Source of the DNA: an uncultured delta proteobacterium
GTDB lineage: Bacteria > Desulfobacterota > Binatia > JACPRU01
DNA length: 64,000 bases
Assembly (NCBI GenBank): GCA_963712515.1
Contig: CAVQIG010000002.1
Location: 9,408 to 73,407 of the forward strand
Direction: 5' to 3'
Within the stretch, counting starts at the first letter, position 1. Every line of letters starts with the position of its first letter. Below, in pieces: positions 42,078-52,773 of the stretch. Both the position numbers and the translations under genes were made by a program. A model generated the notes under the pieces. It was not told the DNA's origin. It made no database searches and was given only the letters and a program-made list of their open reading frames with translations.

Positions 42078-43737
42078 TCACCGTAGTTTCAGCGGGTTGT
42101 CTTTTCGCTCCGTGTATTTGGCGCCGTTCGCCAGCGCCTCGCGTACCCTAGCGTCGCAGTCCTGCCAGGCCCCGCCTGGTGAAGCGACGTCGCCCCCATA
42201 GTTGACCAGGCAACTTGGCTGGTGGCCCCACAGATCGGCCATCTGGACGTACATGAACGTGGTGGTTCGCGCTGAAGGGTCGGAGCAAGCGAGGTAGTAT
42301 TCGTTCCGGCCTGAGGGGACGTACGGGCTCGTGTTGGCGTTCGCGATCGGCTTCTCCGGCGGCAGGGCCGTCGCGAGTGTAGTCGAGAACGTTGGGTCGG
42401 GCTTACCGTCGACGTTCAGTCGGAGTGGGGACTGGACCGGCTTCCCGTCGAGGCTGTCGAACTTTCCCGCGAGAATTAAGCTCCCATCGGCCATGCTAGC
42501 GACCATTTCCAGGCTGCCCTCTGTGTTGTGGAGGTTGGCTAGCCCAGTGCCGAGAGCTTTCTGGAAGGCCTCGTCCACGTCGCCGTTCGGGCGCAACCGG
42601 ACCAACCCGGGGGTTGGCAAAGACTGGTCCGTGCCAGGGACGCGCCAGAACGAGACCAGCCATCCTCCGTCCGTTGCAGGCGCAAACATGGTTGGTCTGA
42701 GAAACGGGCCTTGAGGGTGCTGGCCGGGCATCGTGTATGGCCGAAAACCAGGGTCCAGCTCGCCCTTCCGATTCAGGCGAAAGACGTGCGCGGCTTGAGA
42801 GCCGTTGCGGTTAAACAGGTAGCCCACGCAAACCAACGAATCGTCGGGGCCTGGCTCGATCAGCCGGATCTGGAGTTCCTCTTTCCCGGCGGATTGCCAA
42901 GCAATGAACGGCTTGTTGAAGCCTTCGTCGAGGCCCCAGACCTGATCGAATGCCAGCACGTAGATCCGGCCTCGGCGCGATCCGTCCTTGAATTCGAACC
43001 GGCCGCTTACCCAAACGCCCCCGCCAGGGCGCGGAGCGATTTGCAGGATCTGGTAGATAGCCCAGGCCGAGTGATGAGGCGGCCTCGTCGATCCGCAGCG
43101 CTCGGTCGAGCTTCCCATCGCCCCGCAGGCGCAGCAACCAGGCCGCCTCCTTCTTGAGGTAGTCCGTCGACTCGATCGGTGGCTGAACAGCCACGAGCAG
43201 CCCGTCCTTACTGTCGAAGGCGGCGTCGACGATGGCGTAAGGCCCCTCGGTCTTGCTGCGGATCGCGGCGTCGGCCGCCGCCTCGAAGTCGGCGTCGCGG
43301 TTGCCCCGCAGGGTGTAGCGCACGGCCAGGTGTGCCGGCCAGTCCGATTCCGCCGTGGGCGTGCCTCTCGCTCGGGAGTGGTATGTCGCTAGCCAGCCTC
43401 CGCCAGGAAAGGGCAAGAGCTGGACGAGGTCCTGCATGCGGTCCGGCTCCGCCGTGGTGAGCATCGCCTGCGCAGCGGGCGAACCGTCGAGCTTGCCCTT
43501 CGCGTCCAGTATGACGACCGAGCCGCTCTCCTTGCCGTCAAGACGGTTGCACGTGGTGCCGAGCACTACTCTGCCTCCGGGCCCAGGCAGAGCGGCCACC
43601 ACGTTGCACGACCGGTCGGGCTCGTGAAATTGATCATAGGGAGTCCATACTGGGGCGCGTACTTCGTCTTTGTCGGACCAAGCCCGCCCTGCAAGCGCCA
43701 GGCTAAGCACCAGACTGAGCATCCGCGTACGGTTCAT
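42078..43737 (-). CDS. secreted delta-60-repeat beta-propeller protein, one apparent frameshift (~43090)
   Basis: Signal peptide MNRTRMLSLVLSLALAGRAWS; repeated L.R(L/F)N.dG.lDp.F motifs (LVRLRPNGDVDEAFQ, FRLNRKGELDPGF, LRLNVDGKPDPTF). Confidence 0.5.
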
Positions 43738-44052
43738 CGGACGACCTCCCGGAAAGATCGGAAGTAAGAAAGGAAGTATCGGAGGGCTCTCGCTTCCCGA
43801 AGTGATCGCGGTTGGCGGTGAAGGAACGCGCATACGTAACAATGATGGCCACGGTGACCGCCTCCGCCAAGATGCCATCCGGAGACTCCTGCGCGTGGTG
43901 TAGATCTCGTTTCAAGTACTCTCCCAGAAAACGTGCGGCCAGGGCGAAGTCTCAGGCAGCCGGGCGGCCGGACGACCGTCGATTCCGGCTCGCTTCAGTG
44001 TTGTCGAAGAGTGTGGCAGGGTGGCCGTCGCTCGGCGGGCAAGGCCCCGGCT

Positions 44053-44475
44053 CTACAAGCTGAAGACCAAGTCCAGCCTACTGTGGCTCCACACCCAGAC
44101 GCGCTCGACGTTGGGCGTGGGAGGCTTTCGCTTCAACGCCTCGCGGACGATTTCGGCGACCCAGTCCAAGTTCACCCGGTAGGCTTCGAAGCTGATATTT
44201 GCGTAGATCGCGAGCCAGTACGACGGGTACTTTTTCCGTATCCCATCGACCTGCGCCCTCGCGCCACCAGAAATTTCCGTTATGCGTCGCACTCGGAGCA
44301 CTCCCTCTCGAGAACGGTACATTTCGGGTACATAAACGCCGAGGGGCCAGCGAATCGCCTCGCTAACCCCTCGACTTCCCAACTCCCCGGGCCGGACTCG
44401 AACCAGCGACAATCCGGTTAGCAGCGGCATGAATAGGGATACGGCAGTGGGACCGTCGCCGCGCTCCTCGGCCAA
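44053..44475 (-). CDS. hypothetical protein
   Basis: 140 aa ORF, protein-like composition, no recognisable family. Confidence 0.3.
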   Translation of the reverse strand: MAEERGDGPTAVSLFMPLLTGLSLVRVRPGELGSRGVSEAIRWPLGVYVPEMYRSREGVLRVRRITEISGGARAQVDGIRKKYPSYWLAIYANISFEAYRVNLDWVAEIVREALKRKPPTPNVERVWVWSHSRLDLVFSL

Positions 44476-44550
44476 GAGACCGACTTCCTACGCGCGGTCA
44501 TCCTTTCGCCACGAGGGGGAAAGCGAGTGGGAGCAGGACGACCGCCAGGA

Positions 44551-44724
44551 ATGTCGAAGCCAGCGATGTTGATGGTGCGCCTCGAGGAGGAGCTTCTCGA
44601 GAAGGCTCGCAAGCTGGCTGCCAATCGCGATACGACCGTCTCGGAGCTCGTTCGGCAATCGCTCTCCCGTCTCGTTGGTGGCCGGCGACCGCGGCCGCGC
44701 CGAGGGAAGACGAACCGCTCTTGA
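44551..44724 (+). CDS. small ribbon-helix-helix (CopG-like) protein
   Basis: MSKPAMLMVRLEEELLEKARKLAANRDTTVSELVRQSLSRLV. Confidence 0.45.
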   Translation: MSKPAMLMVRLEEELLEKARKLAANRDTTVSELVRQSLSRLVGGRRPRPRRGKTNRS

Positions 44725-44754
44725 TGCGAGGAAGCATCTCGCGACGACGGAGGT

Positions 44755-44973
44755 GTGACGATGATCGACCTGAGCCACGTTGACCGCCACAAGGTGATCG
44801 CCCTGTGCGACAAGATCGCGGCGGCGATCGCCACTCTCGACAAGGATGACGAACCGGCTTACCGGACCCTGGTGGTCGGCGATCTTCGCGACGCCTGGGA
44901 CCTACTACGGGGCGCGTTGGAGATCGACGAGTACGATCAGCAGCGGACAAAACGAAAGCGTCACGCGGCGTGA
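44755..44973 (+). CDS. small hypothetical protein downstream of RHH gene
   Basis: 72 aa ORF 30 bp after the RHH gene; no family recognised. Confidence 0.3.
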   Translation: MTMIDLSHVDRHKVIALCDKIAAAIATLDKDDEPAYRTLVVGDLRDAWDLLRGALEIDEYDQQRTKRKRHAA

Positions 44974-45032
44974 AGCAATGTTCGGCGACGGCTTCGAACA
45001 GACCACGCCTGGCGCGTGGGGAGGTATCTACG

Positions 45033-45356
45033 ATGAGATTCAGGAGTGTGGGGCGTGTCTATCTGTTGTCAACGATGATCGCCCTCGCGGCCCTCAACGC
45101 GCCTTCACAGCGCATCGCCCGCGCTCAGATTCCGGAGGCGCCCGGAAGCTTCTCAGATTCAGACGGTGGCGCGTTGAGTGACGACGCCGAGGAGCTCCGA
45201 AACGATCAATACAAGCGCCCTCCAAAAAAATGGGCGAAGCCCAAATCCAATGAACCCACGCCCGACCCCGCTCGTGACACGATCGACGAAATGAATAGGG
45301 CTAGGGAAAGGGCCAGCGGCAGCCCGGAGCCAGAACCGACACCAAAGTGGAACTGA
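45033..45356 (+). CDS. small secreted Pro/Glu/Asp-rich protein
   Basis: Signal peptide MRFRSVGRVYLLSTMIALAALNAPSQRIARA. Confidence 0.35.
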   Translation: MRFRSVGRVYLLSTMIALAALNAPSQRIARAQIPEAPGSFSDSDGGALSDDAEELRNDQYKRPPKKWAKPKSNEPTPDPARDTIDEMNRARERASGSPEPEPTPKWN

Positions 45357-46198
45357 ACAATGCGGTGCCCTGGGGACACCTTCGAGCAATCGACGATTCT
45401 CCGCGCCGGCCCCGACGGGCTGACGCGCGTCATCACGCGCAGCTCCTGGGCGGAATGCAAGTCAGTGCTCGTGGAGGCCCGGGACGCAGGGCTGCGTTTT
45501 GGGGCGGGCGCCGCTTCCGCAGCGGAGAGCTAGCCTTCGTGAGCTCGTTCGGACGAGAGCGGAGGTTCGCGTCGGGTGGATTCCTCGGCGCGCCGCTCCG
45601 TCTTCACTCGTCCTGAGAGCGACGCTCTCAGGCTGGCGGACGGTTCGGAGCCAACCACACCGCCCGGTGGAGGTGACGCGGATCGTGCTGCGTCCTTACG
45701 TTTACGTGGAAACCCCAGAAGTTCGAGTCTGTGGCGTACTTCGCAAAGTTCTAGCTCGATCTCCTGTAGCCGCCGATTCACGTACCAGCTCGCGTATTCG
45801 GGTGAATTTTTCCGGAATTCGGCCGTAGCGGTCGGCACGGTGACGCTCGACGATTCCCTGCTGCCCAATCCAGGGCACCTGGTCTGGGTGAATGCTGCCA
45901 CGCTGGGAGTCACCGATTTCTCGCTCACCGTCTCCGATGCGTCAGAGGGCAACGGGACCTTCGACCTCTCCCGAGCCGCTGGTCCGACTTCCATCGAGAA
46001 GGGCGCTCGGCTTCCGGCCGAGTTGACGGGCATATGCCTGCTGATGCTGCCGCCGCCAAGAAGATGAATCTTGCCCCCACCGCTTCAAGATCACCGAGGC
46101 GTCCGCGGATTTACCGTGAAACGCCTCGGTTTTCTCTCAAGCTCTCAGCTCGTGTTCGATCTTGTCTGTGCTCGTCCTTCTTGGCATCGCCCGTCACC

Positions 46199-46633
46199 TC
46201 ACAGCTGGATCTTCATGTGGAGCCCTGCTTCGTGAAAACCGTTGCGGAGGTATACGGGGCGGCCCAGCGGGCTCGGCCCGTTGACCTGGACCTCAGCGCA
46301 ACCCATCCGGCGCGCCTCCTGTATGGCTGTCTGGATCAACTGGCTAGCGATCCCCCTGCCCCGCATCTTCTCGCTTACGATGAACTCCTCGATCATCGCG
46401 TATATCCCGCCAAAACGCAGGACATACGAGTAGCCTAGTGTGACCACGCCCACGATGTCACCGCCCTCTTCCCCCACGAAGATGCAGCCCCTGCGGCCCT
46501 CAGCGAGCGTCGTAAAGGCCTTGGCCGCGTCGTCCCAGTTGACCTTTGGCAGCTCAGGGTCGGGTGGAAACTGCTTCAGCAGACCAATGGTCTTCGCCTG
46601 ATCTGCCGGGGTCGCTCTTCGAATCGTGACCAT
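46199..46633 (-). CDS. GNAT-family N-acetyltransferase
   Basis: IVGVVTLGY...IEEFIVSEKMRGRGIASQLIQTAIQEARRMGCAEVQV (motif A R-G-x-G-I-A). Confidence 0.75.
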   Translation of the reverse strand: MVTIRRATPADQAKTIGLLKQFPPDPELPKVNWDDAAKAFTTLAEGRRGCIFVGEEGGDIVGVVTLGYSYVLRFGGIYAMIEEFIVSEKMRGRGIASQLIQTAIQEARRMGCAEVQVNGPSPLGRPVYLRNGFHEAGLHMKIQL

Positions 46634-46770
46634 CTCGGAAACTCCTTATCAAGAAAAGGACTCCGTCTCCGACGCCCTTTTCGCACGTCGAAGACGAAAG
46701 TCAGAGTCCTGCGAGCTCGGATCCGGGTGGCTCGGGAGAGGCGAGCCAGCGATGGGATCCGAACCCGGGT

Positions 46771-47565
46771 TCAGCGGTACGGCGTGAAGTCCGGTTTTCT
46801 CTTCTCGTTGAACGCCTCTACGCCTTCCCGCGCTTCGGGGGTCTTGACGAAGAGGTCGAGGCTGTCGAAGGCCATTCCCCCGATCCCTGCGATCGACTCG
46901 GTGTCGGCGTGGAAGGAGTGCTTGAGCGCCCTGAGCGCGTAGGGGCTCTTGTCGAGCAACTCGTCCGCCCAGCGTCGGACCTCGGCCTTGAGCTCGGAGA
47001 GGGGCACGACCTTGTTCACGAGACCCCACCGCTCCATGGTGGCGGCGTCGTACACCCGGCAGAGATACCAGATCTCTTTTGCTCGTTTGTCGCCGACGAT
47101 TCGCGCGAGGTAGGCGCTCCCGAACCCGGCATCATAGGAGCCCACGCGGGGGCCGGCTTGCCCAAACCGCGCGTGCTCTGCGGCGATCGTGAGGTCGCAG
47201 AGGAAGTGCAGGACGTGCCCGCCGCCGACGGCCACGCCATTCACCGCGGCGATGACGGGTTTCGGGATCTCGCGGATGATGCGGTGAACAGACTCGACCT
47301 CGAAGAGCCCGGTCTCGGTGGGGCCGTAGTCGCCCGTCTCCTGCCGCTGCTTCTGGTCGCCGCCCGCGCAAAATGCCTTGTCCCCCGCTCCGGTGAACGC
47401 GACGACTCCGACGGTCTTGTCCGCCCACGCCGCCTTGAAACACCGGAGCAGCTCGTCAATCGTCCGCCCTCGAAAGGAGTTAAACCGGTCGGGGCGGTTG
47501 ATCGTGATCCAGGCAAGACCTCGATCTACCTCGTAGACAACATCCGTCAGCTCACTCAGGTTCAT
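46771..47565 (-). CDS. menB: 1,4-dihydroxy-2-naphthoyl-CoA synthase (crotonase superfamily)
   Basis: AFCAGGDQKQR, VAVGGGHVLHFLCDLTIAAEHARFGQAGPRVGSYDAGFGSAYLARIVG, C-terminal EAFNEKRKPDFTPY closely follow MenB. Confidence 0.8.
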   Translation of the reverse strand: MNLSELTDVVYEVDRGLAWITINRPDRFNSFRGRTIDELLRCFKAAWADKTVGVVAFTGAGDKAFCAGGDQKQRQETGDYGPTETGLFEVESVHRIIREIPKPVIAAVNGVAVGGGHVLHFLCDLTIAAEHARFGQAGPRVGSYDAGFGSAYLARIVGDKRAKEIWYLCRVYDAATMERWGLVNKVVPLSELKAEVRRWADELLDKSPYALRALKHSFHADTESIAGIGGMAFDSLDLFVKTPEAREGVEAFNEKRKPDFTPYR

Positions 47566-47986
47566 AACGACTCCTCCTATGATGGCACTCCTGCGGGACC
47601 GATTCCCGCTGATCCACCTCGACGAGAAAAAGTACGTTCGAGTACGTATTCGGCCGAACATGAACGGTCATTCCGGGTGAAACCGAACAAAGCGCTTGCA
47701 CCTGACGGGCGCTGTACCATCAAAGGAAGCCGTCCGGTTGTGGACTCGTACACTTCTCGCCCGCACGTGAAGCGCGGAGATAACACTCAGAAATAGCGTG
47801 TTATCTGTCGAGAAGATATTGCTCTTAACGCTACTTGGATTATGATATTTTTTGGGTGGCGTCGTGGATGTCGCGTCTCGTATGAACGCGCGGAAGAACT
47901 ATGAAGATCTGGCCTAGTCGTCAGCATCTATCGGACGTTCACTGGTGCACCAGGAATCTGCGACGCCTCCCAAATCACTTGGATAG

Positions 47987-49858
47987 ATGGCCATGCCTGA
48001 TCATGCTGGTTTTGCCGCCGCGATCACGGTGCGCGAGCAAGTCCTGAGGACCGCCCTGCAGTCCGGGTACGCGAACGGGTCGGACGCCGGCAAGAAGTTC
48101 ACCGAGGACCTGTCCGATTCCGCGCTCGGGATGGAGCCGGACCTGTTCCTCGGCCGGCCGGACCTTAACTGCGAAGGGTCGACGAACCTGTTGGTCGCGA
48201 CCATGCCCATGTGGGGTACGGTCAAGGTCACGCAGAGCGGCGTCGAACACCTGGTCCAGATGGTCGGCGAGATGGAGCTGACCTTGACGCCGGATTTCCG
48301 CACAGGCCCGCCCGGGGCGGACCGGAAGACGGCCGTCGAGCTCGATCCGTCCACCACCACCATCACCGCCCGCCGCTGGACGGCGACGGTGACATCCAAT
48401 GCGACGCCGCCTGCGGTGGCCACCCTGATCACGGGAAACGATTTCCGGACCCGGTTCGAGGCCAAGTTCCGCCAGGGCGTTTTGTTCGGGAAGATCGCCC
48501 TGCCATCGATCGACGCGAGCTTCCTGGGCGGCGTCGTGGCCAAGGCAACCGAAGCGTTCGGGCGCGTGCGCAATGGGGTGCTGCTGATCGGGCTGACGTA
48601 CGTCGACGCGGACCACAACCTCGTCGGCGACCCGGACAACCTGCAGGACTTCGCGGGCAGCAACGATGTCGCCGGCGTCGTTCACAAGGACGCGGCTGAC
48701 ATCATGCTCGACGAGCTCCACGCGAAGCTGGTCAAGGGCGTCGAGGACGGAGGCGCCTCGCTCGACAGCTTTTCGGTGCGTCCGCGGGACGGCTACTTCT
48801 ACGTCAGCGGCGCGGTGAGCAAATCCTCGGGCACTGTGAACTTCTCGTTCCGGGTAGTGCCGTCAATGTCCCACACCCGTCCCGGCGCGTACTTCCAGTA
48901 TGTCTACAAGCCACGGCGCGTGCACAGCCGCACCTGGCCCGCGCTCGATTTCCACATCGAGGGCGTCGACACGGACGCGGACCGCGCGTGGTGGGTGATC
49001 CTTTTCGGCGAGGTGATTCTTGGGATCGTGACGCTCGGATTGTCGATCATCTATGTTGAAGGCATGGTTGCCGCCGCGGCCTCGGCCTTCGGGGGACGGA
49101 TCAAGTCGGCCAAGGCGGGCGCGCCCGCGAACCGGATTCGCAAGACGATTCCGCCGCCGGGCGGGGTGTCCGTGCGGGTCGGCCTGGACCAGTTCGAGAT
49201 CACCGACAGCGGCGTCTTCATCGGGATCTCGGTGCGGGCCACCCCTTCGCCAGCGGTGCTGTTCGGACCGACGACGGTGCCGTCCGACTACGCCTTCGAC
49301 GGAGCGCGGTACATCCTGCGGCCGCCATCCGGGATCTCGCCCAATGACCCGGCGCTGCGGATCCGCTGGATCCTGGAGGACCGCAATGCTGGGACGGTGC
49401 TCGTCGATTCAGATGGGCCAGCGCACGGGCGCCTGCGCTTCGACTTCGTGCCCGGGTCGTTCGCCGCTTCGGATTTCGGCGTGGTGGCACGTCTGTACCG
49501 ACAGCTCGGGGTCGAGGTGACTGACCTCGCGACGCAGTCGGTGAACTTGCACATGCGCTCTTCTCTGCCGCCCGGGGCGTACGTTCGGTGGCGGTGGCAG
49601 GGGTCGAACCCGCAGCTGCAGGTCATTGCGGCCACGGATACGTGGTACTACTCCGGCGACATCCAGGTGAACCGGTGGTCGGAGTGGCACCGCACCGACC
49701 AGCCCTGCCTGGCGGTCAACGCGGACGCGCGCTACCGGTACGACTACCAGACCGCCAACCGACTGCCCTTCTCCCTGCGGCTCCTGGAGAACCACCGCAA
49801 AGGCTTGTGCCCCTATTGCTTCTATGGCGGGCCAGCGGGAGTCAATCCGGCGTTGTGA
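47987..49858 (+). CDS. large uncharacterised protein with one central TM helix
   Basis: 623 aa intact high-GC ORF; no signal peptide; single hydrophobic helix (AWWVILFGEVILGIVTLGLSIIYVEGMVAAAASAF) splitting ~330-aa and ~250-aa soluble halves; preceded by ~200 bp of unusually AT-rich DNA (47790-47990). Confidence 0.5.
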   Translation: MAMPDHAGFAAAITVREQVLRTALQSGYANGSDAGKKFTEDLSDSALGMEPDLFLGRPDLNCEGSTNLLVATMPMWGTVKVTQSGVEHLVQMVGEMELTLTPDFRTGPPGADRKTAVELDPSTTTITARRWTATVTSNATPPAVATLITGNDFRTRFEAKFRQGVLFGKIALPSIDASFLGGVVAKATEAFGRVRNGVLLIGLTYVDADHNLVGDPDNLQDFAGSNDVAGVVHKDAADIMLDELHAKLVKGVEDGGASLDSFSVRPRDGYFYVSGAVSKSSGTVNFSFRVVPSMSHTRPGAYFQYVYKPRRVHSRTWPALDFHIEGVDTDADRAWWVILFGEVILGIVTLGLSIIYVEGMVAAAASAFGGRIKSAKAGAPANRIRKTIPPPGGVSVRVGLDQFEITDSGVFIGISVRATPSPAVLFGPTTVPSDYAFDGARYILRPPSGISPNDPALRIRWILEDRNAGTVLVDSDGPAHGRLRFDFVPGSFAASDFGVVARLYRQLGVEVTDLATQSVNLHMRSSLPPGAYVRWRWQGSNPQLQVIAATDTWYYSGDIQVNRWSEWHRTDQPCLAVNADARYRYDYQTANRLPFSLRLLENHRKGLCPYCFYGGPAGVNPAL

Positions 49859-50227
49859 CCGTCGCGGTCCGTGCGCTCGATGAGCACTGGCCTGCACGCG
49901 TGGATGGGAACTGATATGGAACGATCCTTCGTCAAGTGTCGACGGCGGTCGTTCACTCTTATACATCCTCCTTCTGCCGGAGCCCGCAGTCGTGGGAGCT
50001 GGGTCTCATCAGCCGACCGAGGCCCCGCTCCCTTCGCCGCTCCATGCTCGCGAAGGGCGGCCCAGAGAAAGCCGCTGAGCTCGCGCCCCACCGCCGTCAC
50101 GGCCTTGTTGTGAGCCCTCCCGTGCGTGACCAAGTCGCAGTGGGCGTTCAAGGCCACTCTGAATCCTCGGCCTACCCCTTTGCGAGGTGATCGGCCCGGC
50201 GGTGTCGTCACAGTGCCGATCGTGGCT

Positions 50228-51178
50228 TCAGGGCACGTCGAGGGTATCCCCGGGCGGGCCTCGATGATGGGGCTTCGGCACGTGGGCCGGTTGTTTGGGC
50301 GGCCCGCCGATGGGCACGGTTCGCTTCAGGAACTCGATTACGGCGTTGGCGAAGACGTCGTTGCGATCGCCTGCCACCATGTGTCCCGCGCCGGTGATGT
50401 TGACGTACTCGCTGTGCGGGCACAGGGTGAGAAAATTCTGCGCGCCTTCTTCGGACAACACGTCCGACAAGCCGCCGCGCACCAGCAAGGTGGGCAGGGT
50501 CAAGGCGCGGGCGCAGGCCGACAAGCGTTGCAAGCGTTTGTCCATGTCGCGGCGCATTTGCATGAAGCGCGGATCCCAGTGCCAGCGGTACTTGCCGTTG
50601 GGCGCGCGGCGCAGATTCTTGGTCAGCCCTGCCAGATCCTTGGGCGGCTTGCGATGCGGCTGATAGGCGGCGATGGCAGCCGCCACCTCTTCCAAGTTAT
50701 CGAAGCCTTCGGGCTTGTAGTTCATGAAGGCGCCGATCTTCTGCACGCCTTCCGGTTCGATCTGCGGAGCGATGTCGACCAGCACCAGGGCCGTCGCGTC
50801 GACGCGATCCTCGCCGACGGCCACCAGGCTGGTGCCGCCGCCCATGGAAGCGCCCACCAGTACCGACCGCGCGCCGTTCAGCGCCTTCAGCAGGCTGCAG
50901 AGATCCTCGACCATGATGTCCTGACCGTAGACGCCATCCGGCGCCCAGTCGGAATCGCCATGACCGCGCGCGTCGAAGGCGATGGCGTGATAGCCGGCGC
51001 GGCCGAGCGCTTCGCCGGCGCTCTTCCAGGCGTGGCGGGTCTGTCCACCGCCGTGTTGCAATAGGACCAGCGGACCATCGGCGGGACCCCAGCTGTCGCC
51101 GGCCAGCATGACGCCACCGACCCCCGGCCAGCGGTGCGTGGGGTCCGGCGTACCGGGCAGACGTTCTCCTGCGCTCAT
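50228..51178 (-). CDS. alpha/beta-hydrolase fold protein
   Basis: HGGGQTRHAW...LVGASMGGG (GxSxG nucleophile elbow) ...GAGHMV. Confidence 0.75.
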   Translation of the reverse strand: MSAGERLPGTPDPTHRWPGVGGVMLAGDSWGPADGPLVLLQHGGGQTRHAWKSAGEALGRAGYHAIAFDARGHGDSDWAPDGVYGQDIMVEDLCSLLKALNGARSVLVGASMGGGTSLVAVGEDRVDATALVLVDIAPQIEPEGVQKIGAFMNYKPEGFDNLEEVAAAIAAYQPHRKPPKDLAGLTKNLRRAPNGKYRWHWDPRFMQMRRDMDKRLQRLSACARALTLPTLLVRGGLSDVLSEEGAQNFLTLCPHSEYVNITGAGHMVAGDRNDVFANAVIEFLKRTVPIGGPPKQPAHVPKPHHRGPPGDTLDVP

Positions 51179-51670
51179 GCTCGAGTGGGGCGAGTGGAAA
51201 CGACCGGCCTATTGTCGGCTCTGGCCGCGGTTCGTCAAGTACGCGTTCGCAACGTCGCGGCCTCTGCGCATGGTGCTCATGACGTATGGGCGATCACGTA
51301 GGAGCCCATCTTCTCGATTGCCTGCTGCGCTTCCGGCAAGAGCTTCGCAAAGACATGCCACACGTGCACCATCTCATCCCACACTTCGAGATCCACCCGC
51401 CCCCCCGGAATGCTTCGCGCGCTCGGCGGCGGCGCGGTGCGCGACCGACGCGGCGTGCCGACACGACCGAAGCTGCGCGTCCTGCGGCAGAAACACCAGA
51501 CACCGCGGTTGACGCGCGCCTTCTGCGGGCCGTAAAAACGAGCGTTTCGTGGGAGAAGTTTGTGGCGATGAGCGCCCGAGACCGATCGAAGGTTATGTAC
51601 CTTTTGGGCTCTGTGGCCGCTATCCACCGCTCGAGGCGGACGTAAGGGTCGTAGCCGCCAAGGAGGAGCC

Positions 51671-52549
51671 ATGCGCTTCGGGGTCTTTCACGTGTCGCCG
51701 AACTCAGGAGCCGATCCGGCGGTCGTTGCCAAGCACGCCGAGGACCTGGGCTTCGAATCCTATTGGGTGGCCGACCACACGATCATTCCGATGAATTACA
51801 GCGTGCCGTATCCGGCCGCTGGTCCCGATGGCTCCGAACCCGACTATCTCTGGCAAATCCCGGATCCTTTGATCGCACTCACGCGTGCGTCAGCCACCAC
51901 ACGGCGGATCAGGCTCGGGACCGGCATCTGCCTCGTGGCTGAGCGACATCCGATCCTCCTCGCCAAACAGGTCGCGACTCTGGACGACCTTTCCGGAGGC
52001 CGGGTACTCTTCGGAATCGGCGGAGGCTGGAATCCCGAAGAATGCACGATCCTCGGCGGCGACTTCGATCATCGATGGAGTCAGGTGAAAGACTACATCG
52101 CGGCGATGAAGGTGCTCTGGACCGAACATGCTTCGGAGTATCACGGAAGATACGTGAGTTTTCCGGCGGTGCGCTGTTACCCGAAGCCTGCGCGCAAGCC
52201 GCACCCTCCGATTCTCCTCGGCAGCGTCAATAATCCCCGCGCTTTGAGGCGCGTAGCCGAATGGGGCGACGGCTGGATGCCAGTCGTCCAAAGCGTCGAG
52301 GAATTCGCAAACGGCGTAGAGCGGATCTCCACCTTCGCAAAGGCGTCCGGCCGTGACCCTGCTTCAATAGACTTCACGGCATTCGGTCGGCCCGGCCAGT
52401 GGCGGACCCAGCAGGAGATCAGTGCTCTCGAGCGAGCCGGAGCGGGGCGAGTCACCTTCTGGCTGGAGCAACTGGAGCTCGATGGGATCAGACACGAGCT
52501 GGACGAGCTTGCGCGGAGCCAAGCGCTTGCACGTCATGCCGATTCCTGA
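51671..52549 (+). CDS. LLM-class F420-dependent oxidoreductase
   Basis: MRFGVFHVSP...LGFESYWVADHT...RIRLGTGICLV... typical F420-dependent LLM subfamily pattern. Confidence 0.75.
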   Translation: MRFGVFHVSPNSGADPAVVAKHAEDLGFESYWVADHTIIPMNYSVPYPAAGPDGSEPDYLWQIPDPLIALTRASATTRRIRLGTGICLVAERHPILLAKQVATLDDLSGGRVLFGIGGGWNPEECTILGGDFDHRWSQVKDYIAAMKVLWTEHASEYHGRYVSFPAVRCYPKPARKPHPPILLGSVNNPRALRRVAEWGDGWMPVVQSVEEFANGVERISTFAKASGRDPASIDFTAFGRPGQWRTQQEISALERAGAGRVTFWLEQLELDGIRHELDELARSQALARHADS

Positions 52550-52773
52550 CCGCCGATACGGTCAGTTCGCAAGTCTCACTGTCACGGCGCACCGTTTGAA
52601 GGCGTCGGCTAGCCCGCCGGCGCATGGGTGGAGATGGTCACGTCGCAGCGCGGACAGCAGATTCTTTCCGCCGCCGGGTTTCGCCCCGCGAGTGACACTA
52701 CCCACTGACGGCGCCTCGGCGGGCGGGCTAGGATTCCGGGGAGATCGCTGGCCCAAAAGGAGGGGGACAGAGC

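Noticed and set aside
45530-46067. Overlapping ORFs on both strands (45530..46033- and 45576..46067+) in a moderately lower-GC patch
   Set aside because: Neither frame gives a recognisable domain or clean start/stop structure. Cannot choose a strand from sequence alone.
51277-51672. 131-aa minus-strand ORF between the alpha/beta hydrolase and LLM genes
   Set aside because: Only the last ~40 aa look protein-like (…VDLEVWDEMVHVWHVFAKLLPEAQQAIEKMGSY). Probably a short remnant or spurious; insufficient evidence.
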